This document shows, one piece after another, positions 19,428 to 28,422 of a DNA stretch of 32,000 nt (position 1 is the stretch's first letter; each line of letters starts with the position of its first letter). The stretch comes from Saccharolobus solfataricus (GTDB taxonomy: Archaea > Thermoproteota > Thermoprotei_A > Sulfolobales > Sulfolobaceae), in the NCBI RefSeq assembly GCF_900079115.1, contig NZ_LT549890.1:1080001-1112000 (forward strand). The letters are read 5' to 3'. Both the position numbers and the translations under genes were made by a program. Under the pieces are notes generated by a model, which ran no database searches, was not told the origin of the DNA, and saw only the letters and a program-made list of their open reading frames with translations.

Positions 19428-19750
19428 TTATTGGCACCTTTAGGTTTTATTGTTTCTGCTAGCTTCCATAATATATTTTCTGGGTTTTCAATATTTAAGG
19501 GAGTCACATTGCACGCTAATGCTGCTAACCTTCTTGATTCGCTTATCCTAATGTTCCTATTCTCTTTTATTTCTAAATTGAGGTTATACTCCCTTAAAAT
19601 CTCCTTTAGAATTGAAATTGAATCTTCTCTTTCCCTAATAACTGGGTAAATGAGTTCCTTAACACTTTGTTTAACATCTTCATCTAAAACTTTGGTTATA
19701 TCACTAATCATCTTGTCGAATCCTAAAATACGAAGTAGAAAACCACTCAT
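19406..19750 (-). CDS. hypothetical small protein (114 aa, helical and charged)
   Basis: The start codon overlaps the isp2 stop (ATGA at 19747-19750), which suggests translational coupling. No motif recognised. Confidence 0.5.
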   Translation of the reverse strand: MSGFLLRILGFDKMISDITKVLDEDVKQSVKELIYPVIREREDSISILKEILREYNLNLEIKENRNIRISESRRLAALACNVTPLNIENPENILWKLAETIKPKGANKCQKSQQ

Positions 19751-21018
19751 ATCTTTATCCCCCTATCCAGTAGCTCAGTAAAGTAGATCACTTTGAAATC
19801 GGCTTGTTTATCCTTTACTGCATTCTCTAGTGACAACATACAGTTAGGATCAAATACTATTACGCTCTTCCCTCCCCATTTGGTTAGCTGAGAAACGACG
19901 TAATTTCTAACTCTCTTCAGAATATCCTTTTTCTCACCTATCAATTCTACATGATGAGTACACGTGTATAATTTATCTGAAGATGGCTTCTCCTTAGGCT
20001 CAATGAATTGCGGAGCTGTTAGCCTTAATATCTCTCTAGGTGGCTCCTCAATACCACCCAGTCTACTGAGGAATTCTGAGTAGTGGACACTAGTAGGCGC
20101 TACTATATCAGCCTTTTCTAACTTTACTTTACCTTGCTTATACATGTCATACACAGTTTTGGTTAAATGTTCAACTTCTATTGGAGGAGTCTCCTTAATG
20201 CTCTTTGGACCTTGCCATCTTAGCCAGAAATACCCCATACCATCTGTGGTGATTATCTTTTTAACATTTAGTTTCATAGCAGTTTCATAAATTCTAACTA
20301 ATATACCTCTGGCAGTCTCAAAGTCACCCATAAGATATGCGTAATATCCTGGATCACTAATTTCAGAGCTTACAGTTACGCTGAGTTTTAGTTTACTTAA
20401 AACGCTTACGGTATTAGCCAAAACGTTAGTGTTTTGAATCTCCAAGGGTGAAGGAACATATAGTATTTCACTGTCCTTTTTATCTATATTAAAGCCTACC
20501 TTACTTGCTACTTCACCCCAATTTTCTATTCCAAATGCGTTTCCTTTTTCTTTAGAATTAATAATTAACTTCTCTGCACTTTCATAATTAAATCCAGAAT
20601 AGTGAAGAATCCTCCTCATTATTATAGCAGTATACCAATTTGGTACCTCCATTGGAGATGTATATGTACACGCTCCACATGCAGTACAATCATATGCAGA
20701 TTCAGTCCAATGTTTAAATTCATTTCCACTTATTCTTCTAAGCCTTAAATATCTAGCAACAATGCCATAACCAGTGTAAAACATTGAATATATTTTATTA
20801 ATTTCATACGTTCTCCAGGCTGGCACATCATAAAATTTCTTAGTTTCCTGCCAAAATGGGCATGAATAACTACAAATCCCACATCTCATACAATTCTCTA
20901 TTCCCATTACATCTGATGGAGTAAACTCATCAAAAGTCTTAGATGCTAATTTTCTATTTATTTCAACCTTTCCCTTACTCAACCTAAATCCCCCACATTT
21001 AAACTCTTCTTTTACCAT
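19747..21018 (-). CDS. isp2: Isp2-like Fe-S subunit (HdrD/DsrK-related) of the hydrogenase membrane module
   Basis: First ferredoxin motif CMRCGICSYSCP (C43, C46, C49, C53). Second motif CTACGACTYTSP (C111, C114, C117, with Ser121 where Cys is expected). The large C-terminal domain has no CC(G) motif. Start set at ATG 21018 (MVKEEF), a 20-nt overlap with isp1. The ORF track start is 21048. Confidence 0.7.
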   Translation of the reverse strand: MVKEEFKCGGFRLSKGKVEINRKLASKTFDEFTPSDVMGIENCMRCGICSYSCPFWQETKKFYDVPAWRTYEINKIYSMFYTGYGIVARYLRLRRISGNEFKHWTESAYDCTACGACTYTSPMEVPNWYTAIIMRRILHYSGFNYESAEKLIINSKEKGNAFGIENWGEVASKVGFNIDKKDSEILYVPSPLEIQNTNVLANTVSVLSKLKLSVTVSSEISDPGYYAYLMGDFETARGILVRIYETAMKLNVKKIITTDGMGYFWLRWQGPKSIKETPPIEVEHLTKTVYDMYKQGKVKLEKADIVAPTSVHYSEFLSRLGGIEEPPREILRLTAPQFIEPKEKPSSDKLYTCTHHVELIGEKKDILKRVRNYVVSQLTKWGGKSVIVFDPNCMLSLENAVKDKQADFKVIYFTELLDRGIKI

Positions 21019-21886
21019 ATACACTACCTGCAAATCCCTTCTGCACATAATACCAGAACATATGGAATGCCTTACTAAATGGCGTATATCCTATGAATAT
21101 TCCAATTAACGCTATGTGTAAACCATACCAGTTGGCTTGATTAGGTATACCTAGATATGGAAATCCCCAATCATATGCTGCCCCTAGACCAGTGATCATT
21201 ATGGCTGCTAATAATATTAAGAAAACGTAATCACCAACACTGCTAATCATTCTATGTCTGGTAGTATCATCAACTATTCTAGTAGCTAAATAACCTACTA
21301 AACCCGCTAATGCTAGCAAGGTCATAAAACTTCCATTAACTATTACTGATAATACACCCCATGGCGAAATTGTATTCGTTGCTACTTGAGCGGAATTCCA
21401 GGCTCCAACTGGATTCATTATTCCTCCTTGAGAATATGAATTTGGACCAAGTATTCCTATCTGATACCCTGAGGTAAATGACTCTGGTACTGATGCAGGC
21501 ATCAACCAACCAAGAATATTCTGAAGTCCGGTAAGTTCGCTATATATGTAGTTCCACGCTATAATGTGAATACCTACAACTATGATTAGACCTAATATGA
21601 AGATGTGGTTAAATATTGTCTCTAAGATCAATAATGGATCATTTTTAGCGGCTCTACCGAATGGTCTAGGAATCGCACTAACCGCTTCCTTAAATTCAGT
21701 AGCAAATCCAGCTTGTCCCTTTGTCGCGGCTCTTGAAAATAAAAATTCCCTAGCTATCCTATAAATAGCACCGAAAACAAAAAATATAATACCTATAGGG
21801 AAAATGACATCTAAGCCCCACCAATACAGACTTAATGGAGTCGCTGGACCACCATTTGCTCCTATTGCAGCATGGACTACTATCAA
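20999..21886 (-). CDS. isp1: Isp1-like integral-membrane di-haem b-type cytochrome (NarI/HdrE/DsrM family)
   Basis: Five or more TM helices. His pairs are H94/H107 in one helix (NHIFILGLIIVVGIH) and H257/H275, 18 residues apart, in the last helix. The last helix also carries the PFSKAFH motif typical of NarI-like proteins. The gene directly abuts the hynL stop. Confidence 0.7.
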   Translation of the reverse strand: MIVVHAAIGANGGPATPLSLYWWGLDVIFPIGIIFFVFGAIYRIAREFLFSRAATKGQAGFATEFKEAVSAIPRPFGRAAKNDPLLILETIFNHIFILGLIIVVGIHIIAWNYIYSELTGLQNILGWLMPASVPESFTSGYQIGILGPNSYSQGGIMNPVGAWNSAQVATNTISPWGVLSVIVNGSFMTLLALAGLVGYLATRIVDDTTRHRMISSVGDYVFLILLAAIMITGLGAAYDWGFPYLGIPNQANWYGLHIALIGIFIGYTPFSKAFHMFWYYVQKGFAGSVYGKRRV

Positions 21887-24145
21887 TTACTTCACCCTCA
21901 TTGCAAACTTATAGAATGCCTTTATGGATTCACTTAAATCTATAGGAGCTCCTAAGGTGATATATCTAACTTTACCGTTTGGCAAAACTACGTGAACCCC
22001 ACAAACGAAGCATGGGTCGAATGATCTTAGTGTTGCTGCAAATTCAAACCCATCCCATTGCTCTAATGGTGTTACTGTTAATTTTGGTATACCATTAATG
22101 TTATACCCTTGATTTCCTTGGATAACTTCCTCAAAAGTTCCAGCACCTCCATTTTTAGCCAATAATGAAAATGGTTGTATTTCCCCTATAACATCTTGAT
22201 AAGAGTTAACAACCCTAGGACCAGCATTTACTGTTGTTGGTTGTTGCTGCTGCGGGTTTATTGTAGGAACTGTGGGACCACTGCCTAAGGCTATAACTTC
22301 TGAGTGCCACTGTGCTCCTCTAGGTGCCTCTTTAAGGCCAACTCCTAGTGCAACATCCGTATTAGTATTCTTCTTATAGGTCCAATCATACTGGTTACCT
22401 CTACTAACTGCAGTTTGTCCTTGAGTCAGATACTTTACTGCAGCAAACCAAGCTATCCATCCACCAGCACCTTCTAAAGCCACAGCGTGAGCTCTAGCTC
22501 TCATTCTTTCCACAGCATTGGTAGTCACATTTATAGTACCGTTAGATAGCTTAGATGATAAGGCCCATGGTGAAACATACTTTATGTCTATCTCACCTTG
22601 TAGTTCTGGCGGTAATATTATCCTAGAAGAAACGGTTTGCGGTAAGTTCCATATTACTGATTGCTCATTACTATTATAATTGATTTCTATACCCGCAACT
22701 GAATATGTTGAAGTGTAAATTGGATCCGGACCTTGTGGCTGCAATACTTGAACCCACATAACAGCTTGCGGATCTGCCTCAACATTGAAGAAGGAGTTCA
22801 TAGTAGGTTTATGCCCAGAATATGGTACTATTCTCGGCGATACTGCCCAGCTATACTTATTCTGTGAATTTCCGCTTCCAAATGGATAGCCCCTAGCTAA
22901 TGGCATTGGTATTGTCCATTTCTTCCATGGATGATAATTACTTACTGGATTTCCTATTGGATCTTGCGAGATTCCAGAAACCTCTGACGGAACTTGAGGG
23001 TTGTTTACCCAATCCTCATAAAACGAAGACTCGATAAATTGTCTCATTCCTAGATTTATATCAATTAGACTATTAGTTACCAGTTGTGGGGGTGAATTTG
23101 GGCTTGTTTGTATTACCAGTCCAGGTTTAACTACTCTAGCCCTTCCCCATGCTCCCATGTTTTCATATGTAGCGTCATATTCCATAACTGAAGTTGATGA
23201 GGGGGTCACTGAGGGAGGTTCAGCTACATCACTTTGGCCATAGCATAAATAATTTCCTGGCCTATTACCCATTTCAGCAAAGCCTAAATTATTATATTTG
23301 TCGTAATACGCTTGTACACCGAAAGCGTTACCATAATCGGTTAAGAATAGATTTAACACTTCCCAATACGCTACTTGCTTCTTTAAGTATGCTGTTCCAT
23401 CTACTAATCTTTGTAAGTACTGTTGTAGGTTTTCTACAGTAGCAGGGACTCCTATCCCACCTGGAACCATGGTTATAGGATGCGGGACTCTTAAATAGTA
23501 TAATAGCTCAGCTTCATGAAATATTCTCCACACATATGCACCTTCCAACCATATCGCACCGATGATTGGAACTAGACCATCCATTATATCAGCCACTGTT
23601 CTCATGGTTACTCCGCTAAACTTTAGCTCGCTAGGAGCTCCATTTGGAAATGCTTCAGAATACTCTAAAACCTTGCTTATTGGTGTTTGTTGTGCTAATT
23701 GGTAAATTTCTGGTGGATAATAGCCTGCAATCTTAAAGAATAGTGAACTCCAATCTGGTCCACCTAAAGCTGTTAAATGTGCAGTGTGATCATACATCAT
23801 TGCAGCATCATTAGCTAACATGATAGTCTCTAGTCCTAACGGTGGTGGAGCATAACCGCCCATTGCCATTTCTTGCGCTATTCTCTCTATGAACTGATGA
23901 TGTTCTCCACATATTCCACACTCTCTGGATGATAACATTATGACATCTGGTGCTGGTTTATTCCTCATGAAGATCTCGAATCCTCTAAACATTCCTGCTC
24001 CAGCATATGCTTCTACAGCCCTGACTTGATTTTGACCTTCTATATTTACGCTTACTTGAATCCCTAACTCTGGCTTTATTCTAACTATGGGCTCTATTAC
24101 AACTGGCTTTGTCCAATCATATTTAAATAGGTATGAAGAGGCCAT
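21887..24145 (-). CDS. hynL: [NiFe]-hydrogenase large subunit (membrane-bound uptake type), unusually long at 752 aa
   Basis: N-terminal Ni-Fe ligand motif SRECGICGEHH (C76, C79). Also EAPRGAQWH. C-terminal motif DPCFVCGVH (C712, C715, H718) is followed by a 34-aa extension that would be removed by the endopeptidase. Confidence 0.9.
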   Translation of the reverse strand: MASSYLFKYDWTKPVVIEPIVRIKPELGIQVSVNIEGQNQVRAVEAYAGAGMFRGFEIFMRNKPAPDVIMLSSRECGICGEHHQFIERIAQEMAMGGYAPPPLGLETIMLANDAAMMYDHTAHLTALGGPDWSSLFFKIAGYYPPEIYQLAQQTPISKVLEYSEAFPNGAPSELKFSGVTMRTVADIMDGLVPIIGAIWLEGAYVWRIFHEAELLYYLRVPHPITMVPGGIGVPATVENLQQYLQRLVDGTAYLKKQVAYWEVLNLFLTDYGNAFGVQAYYDKYNNLGFAEMGNRPGNYLCYGQSDVAEPPSVTPSSTSVMEYDATYENMGAWGRARVVKPGLVIQTSPNSPPQLVTNSLIDINLGMRQFIESSFYEDWVNNPQVPSEVSGISQDPIGNPVSNYHPWKKWTIPMPLARGYPFGSGNSQNKYSWAVSPRIVPYSGHKPTMNSFFNVEADPQAVMWVQVLQPQGPDPIYTSTYSVAGIEINYNSNEQSVIWNLPQTVSSRIILPPELQGEIDIKYVSPWALSSKLSNGTINVTTNAVERMRARAHAVALEGAGGWIAWFAAVKYLTQGQTAVSRGNQYDWTYKKNTNTDVALGVGLKEAPRGAQWHSEVIALGSGPTVPTINPQQQQPTTVNAGPRVVNSYQDVIGEIQPFSLLAKNGGAGTFEEVIQGNQGYNINGIPKLTVTPLEQWDGFEFAATLRSFDPCFVCGVHVVLPNGKVRYITLGAPIDLSESIKAFYKFAMRVK

Positions 24146-24146
24146 T

Positions 24147-25496
24147 TTAACTCACCTCCTTAGCTTTTGGAATTATGGGTTTACCTCTTCTCCTAGATAA
24201 ATAATAAGAACCTACACCCACCACTATTCCGGCACCTACAGCTGCAGCTAGTAATGTTGTTGAAGGTAGAGTTGGTGCATTTGGTGGTGCATAGAATGGT
24301 TCATATAAATCTGGAAACCCTGGGGCAGTACAAGCGATACATACTCCACCTCTAGTGCATCCTCCTACACCACCGACCCAACCTAAAAGTGGGGCGGGAC
24401 TATTAGCTTCAGTACCCTTACATCCTAGGCTATAAGTACATTGAGGGTCTCCGAAATTCTTAGCAAATATGCCTTGTGCGAAGAATCCAGCTCTTGGACA
24501 ATTCTGATGGGTTTCATTTCCGTAAAAGTATTTTGGTCTATTGAAAACATCTAGAGATTCTGACGGTGCGGGACCTAATCCTCTGGCATATAGTACTCCA
24601 GCTACTAATGTTCTCATAATCCAATCCCCGGCAGGTGGATCAGCTGCGATTGCAACAATTGGTTGTTTTAACGTACTTAACCAATGATAACTTGGTCCGG
24701 GATATGCCGTATTATATGGCGAATTGGTAACAGCATATATATCTTCATCAATTACTTGCTCTCCTCTGAAGTAACCTAAACCTTTCTGATATACTTCATG
24801 TATATATGCAGGGAAACCTAAAATTCCCCTATAGGGATCATCTAGCATTCCCATAGTATATGTGGGACTTCTCTGTCCTAATCCATTTGTAGTGGAAGGT
24901 ATTCCCCCATATGTTGCACAAGCACCGGTAGCATAAACTAGAGCTGCTCTCTTCATTAGATTAAATACGAACTCGTCACATAATAGTACATGACCGCTAG
25001 GTGTTCTGCCGGCAGAACACCAGAAGGAGTCCTTGGGTTTTTGATAATATAGTCCAAATTCATCAAACATCGTACCCTCAACAACTAATACATAGGGGTC
25101 GAAAACCCCAGCTAATGCAGCCTCCATAGTAGGATAGGCCATATCATCTTGTGGCATAAGTATTGGGTGATAAACTAGATTTACGTTCCCTAGATTTGCT
25201 ATTGACGGAGCTCTTAATGTTATTGGTTGTAGATTTATTGTTACTTGCGTTATCACATCTTCTACAGCAGGGTTCATTGCATCTATAAACGCTATTGTGT
25301 TTCCTCCACACCATCCGTTCCCTGTCCATATCACGTTTATTGGATCTGCTAAAGAATCGCTAGCCATATTAAATAGATCTTTCCAAGTTAATCCCTTCTC
25401 CATCATCCAAGCTGTTAATCCTGTAATACCCGCTAGTTTCATGAAATCTCGTCTGCTTATTCCCACCTTTATTTGTCTAGGTTTAGGATCTTTCAC
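24147..25496 (-). CDS. hynS: [NiFe]-hydrogenase small subunit with Tat signal and C-terminal membrane anchor
   Basis: GTG start at 25496. Twin-arginine motif SRRDFMKLAG. Small-subunit motifs GACATYGG, HQNCPR, CTYSLGCKG and CIAC. C-terminal TM segment TLLAAAVGAGIVVGVGSYYL followed by RRRGK. Several canonical Cys positions are substituted (see findings). Confidence 0.9.
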   Translation of the reverse strand: MKDPKPRQIKVGISRRDFMKLAGITGLTAWMMEKGLTWKDLFNMASDSLADPINVIWTGNGWCGGNTIAFIDAMNPAVEDVITQVTINLQPITLRAPSIANLGNVNLVYHPILMPQDDMAYPTMEAALAGVFDPYVLVVEGTMFDEFGLYYQKPKDSFWCSAGRTPSGHVLLCDEFVFNLMKRAALVYATGACATYGGIPSTTNGLGQRSPTYTMGMLDDPYRGILGFPAYIHEVYQKGLGYFRGEQVIDEDIYAVTNSPYNTAYPGPSYHWLSTLKQPIVAIAADPPAGDWIMRTLVAGVLYARGLGPAPSESLDVFNRPKYFYGNETHQNCPRAGFFAQGIFAKNFGDPQCTYSLGCKGTEANSPAPLLGWVGGVGGCTRGGVCIACTAPGFPDLYEPFYAPPNAPTLPSTTLLAAAVGAGIVVGVGSYYLSRRRGKPIIPKAKEVS

Positions 25497-25499
25497 TCT

Positions 25500-25545
25500 A
25501 CTCCCCTTTATTAGGTATATTAAAGTATACCATGTTTATAAATTT
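25500..25545 (-). promoter_or_regulatory. hynS promoter region: TATA-like boxes plus SD-like AGGGGAG
   Basis: On the minus strand TTTATAAAC (25534-25542) and TTTAATATA (25516-25524) precede AGGGGAG (25500-25506) and GTG 25496. Confidence 0.35.
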
Positions 25546-25585
25546 TTCTTATAAACTTGCTACATCATATTGTTTTATTTTTTAT

Positions 25586-26584
25586 TCACGATCTATGAGA
25601 ATAATAATAGAAGATCGGAAACAACGAAACGAAAAAGGGTGTAAGTGATAGTACCATAACTGCTGAGATTACATTGTAAAAATAAGCTACTGATGCTCCG
25701 AAGAGTAACTCTGAAACGGCTGGGAGTAAGGACAAGTAGGGAACTATTCTTACATTCACTTCTTTCCTACTCATATCTACATAATAAAACATCATTGATG
25801 TCATTAAAAGTGTTGCAATTGCGTATGGAATTTGATTGATTGTTAGGGAATAATAAAATTCTGTTGAAGAAAGGGAAAGACTGGATATGGCGAATAGTAG
25901 ATAATAGAACGTATTAATCCTTCCGCTAATATATTTATAAGAAAAATAAATTGTGAAGATTACTGAGAGAAGTAGTTCAAGTATGGAAGACTCTTTAATG
26001 GGATCGTACGGTAATGGAAGTATTGAATGCGTCATCTCCGAGGCTATGTTTGGTCCTGCAAATATTAGGGAAGAAAGAAGAAGCGAATAAATGTTTCTAT
26101 ATTTAAAACTTAAGTAAGCTATTTCTGGAAACACCATGAGGAAGAACATGAACGAGTTAACAACTTCTAGAATTGCTGGAATTATAATTTGGGATATCGA
26201 TAACGAGAAGCTTGGAATATCCGTTGCATAAAAGTATAGGCTATATAGAGATTTTGTTAAATTACCCCTTAGTATTACGTAATATAGTAAGCTCATTAGA
26301 ATCTCTTGTATAACTAAGGAGGACACTATGGCAAATTTGTATTTTCCGAGATTATAACTTATCTGCATTATTAGCCAGAAATAAACAACAATTATTAATG
26401 ACAACATAAAGTCCGATAGGGAGAATAGTACGAAATATACCGCAGTTGATATATAACTTATGAGAAGAAAAAGGTATCCTAGTTTGTTCTTTAACGCGAA
26501 TTTATATGACATAGTGACTAATATGGTCATCGCGGATATGTAAAATATATAGAATAGTACTAACAAGTGGGTTTCACTGTTCAT
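25586..26584 (-). CDS. polytopic membrane protein of unknown function (about 332 aa, about 10 TM)
   Basis: Extremely hydrophobic and rich in Y/F/S/L/I. Start moved to ATG 26584 (MNSETH) because a TTTATAA box is centred 27 nt upstream, and the track's ATG 26623 lies upstream of that TATA box, outside the predicted transcript. Same strand as hynS and 89 nt upstream of it. Confidence 0.6.
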   Translation of the reverse strand: MNSETHLLVLFYIFYISAMTILVTMSYKFALKNKLGYLFLLISYISTAVYFVLFSLSDFMLSLIIVVYFWLIMQISYNLGKYKFAIVSSLVIQEILMSLLYYVILRGNLTKSLYSLYFYATDIPSFSLSISQIIIPAILEVVNSFMFFLMVFPEIAYLSFKYRNIYSLLLSSLIFAGPNIASEMTHSILPLPYDPIKESSILELLLSVIFTIYFSYKYISGRINTFYYLLFAISSLSLSSTEFYYSLTINQIPYAIATLLMTSMMFYYVDMSRKEVNVRIVPYLSLLPAVSELLFGASVAYFYNVISAVMVLSLTPFFVSLFPIFYYYSHRS

Positions 26585-26670
26585 ATGTTTACTCTTCTCA
26601 AAAATAATTATAAAGTTTACCATAATATACCTAGTATAGCTTATTAACTACTAAAGTAATTAGAATTTAT
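26585..26670. promoter_or_regulatory. divergent promoter region
   Basis: 86-bp AT-rich spacer between divergent genes. TTTATAA (reverse complement of 26608-26614) serves the minus gene. CTTATTAA (about 26639-26646) lies about 27 nt before ATG 26671. Confidence 0.35.
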
Positions 26671-27927
26671 ATGAAATTTCTATCATGGAGGGAAGCAGTT
26701 AATGAAAATAAGAAGCTGATAGTGTTATTTATGACTACTAGTTGGTGCGAAAGTTGTGAAGAGCAAGAAAAGGAATTACTTGAAATCGAGGATGAAAGAG
26801 TTTCCCTAGTTAAGGAAGATGCTGATGAAAGGTTGGATTTAGCTGTAAGATATACACCCCAAATTTACCCAACAATTAGTCTAATATCTAAAAATTCTGT
26901 CATTGGGGGAACTTACGGCTTAGTAAAAAGGGGCAAATTGATAGAAATGATAAGTGAGGCCTTAAAGCTAATAGAGGGAAAGGGTAAGTTTATAGTTCCC
27001 CCTAAACTGTCTTCCCAAAAAATTGATAAATTCCCACCAGATTACGCATTTAACCATATCTTAAGGGTTTGTGAGGGATATTTTGATTGGAAAGAGGGAG
27101 GATTTGAGAGGGAACCAAAGCATGTTTCTCCAGAAGTATTACAGCTATTCTTGCATTTTAATGATTATTATCATAAGATAATGGTGGAAGTAACGTTAGA
27201 TAACGCTATAGAATATTTATGGGAAAATGGATTTTGTATGTTTTCCAAGTCAGGAGATTGGAAGGAACCCTATAAGGCTAAATTATTAGACTATAATGCT
27301 GAAATGGTTAAGACGCTTGTTAAGGCGTACCAAGTTTTGAAAAAGGAGATCTACCTAGATTACGCAATTGCTACTACTGACTGGTTATTGAGTAAGAGGG
27401 ACAATAGGGGTTACTTCATCAATGGTGAATTTCTTGGAGTAGAGGATAAGAGACCATTTCTCAACGTTAATGCTAATGTTGGAGACGCCTTCATGGAAGT
27501 TTATAGGATTACCAATGACAAGAAATATCTGGAGATTGCAAAAGACTTAGAACAGAGATTAGTATTAGCACATAGAATGGATGTACTTTCTCCTCCATAC
27601 TTGATAGATTTAGCCTCATACTTAAATTTCCTCTCTAAACTTAATCCAGATAAAGCTAGAAATTTATTGCATATACTTGACGATTATAAAGGAAGTGAGG
27701 CTTATTACGACACGACATTAGGGTTTGCTACGGAGAACAAGATAGGTAGGTTTTACTTCCTTTACGATAATGTTTTGCTAGCAAACGCATTGATTAACCT
27801 TAATATTTTTGAAGAAGCCAAAAGAATTGTAGATATGTTTCTCTCCTCATATAGCATTTACGTATATTTTAACCAAGCTAAGTATGCTCTAGTTTTGGGT
27901 GAAATTTATGGTCTCTTTACTCACTAA
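26671..27927 (+). CDS. thioredoxin-fold + alpha/alpha-toroid protein (short YyaL/DUF255-like)
   Basis: N-terminal thioredoxin-like segment KKLIVLFMTTSWCESCEEQEKEL (CxxC). A central GGFEREPKHVSPEVLQLFLHF resembles the GGFG.APKFP...L.FLL motif of YyaL-type proteins. The C-terminus is repeat-helical. Confidence 0.55.
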   Translation: MKFLSWREAVNENKKLIVLFMTTSWCESCEEQEKELLEIEDERVSLVKEDADERLDLAVRYTPQIYPTISLISKNSVIGGTYGLVKRGKLIEMISEALKLIEGKGKFIVPPKLSSQKIDKFPPDYAFNHILRVCEGYFDWKEGGFEREPKHVSPEVLQLFLHFNDYYHKIMVEVTLDNAIEYLWENGFCMFSKSGDWKEPYKAKLLDYNAEMVKTLVKAYQVLKKEIYLDYAIATTDWLLSKRDNRGYFINGEFLGVEDKRPFLNVNANVGDAFMEVYRITNDKKYLEIAKDLEQRLVLAHRMDVLSPPYLIDLASYLNFLSKLNPDKARNLLHILDDYKGSEAYYDTTLGFATENKIGRFYFLYDNVLLANALINLNIFEEAKRIVDMFLSSYSIYVYFNQAKYALVLGEIYGLFTH

Positions 27928-28384
27928 ACTATATTTTCTTCTGATAGGTTTAAGCCAATTACCATTTTTATATGAAATTACAGTTCTGCTTCATTCTACG
28001 ACATCTTTTCCACTTATATACATAAATTATAGCCTAGGGATAATAATTATAGTTACCCTCATTTGTAACCTATTCATGTTATTAGATGGTTATACTAAAT
28101 ACGCTTCTGTCCTCCTTCTTGTTCCAGTTATAAATGTATTTATTATACCTTTTATCTCGTATAAGTTAACATCATCTAAACTATTAACCGGAATTACCTT
28201 TTCCCTATGGTTTTCTAACTTAGTCTTCACATTAATCTCCAATGTACCTACAACAATCTATTATGGAAGTGGTAAGTATTTTCTAGATAAATTTATGGTC
28301 TTAGATTTTCTCTCAGTTGCGTCTCTTATAATTATTGGATATTGTGTTATTTATAAGGAAAAGAAGATTTCCAAAAATAGGTAA
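27899..28384 (+). CDS. small membrane protein (161 aa, about 5 TM)
   Basis: Hydrophobic ORF overlapping the upstream gene by 29 nt, which suggests co-transcription. Confidence 0.5.
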   Translation: MKFMVSLLTKLYFLLIGLSQLPFLYEITVLLHSTTSFPLIYINYSLGIIIIVTLICNLFMLLDGYTKYASVLLLVPVINVFIIPFISYKLTSSKLLTGITFSLWFSNLVFTLISNVPTTIYYGSGKYFLDKFMVLDFLSVASLIIIGYCVIYKEKKISKNR

Positions 28385-28422
28385 CATTATTAACAAAAAG
28401 TTTTTATAAAGAAGAGAGAAGA

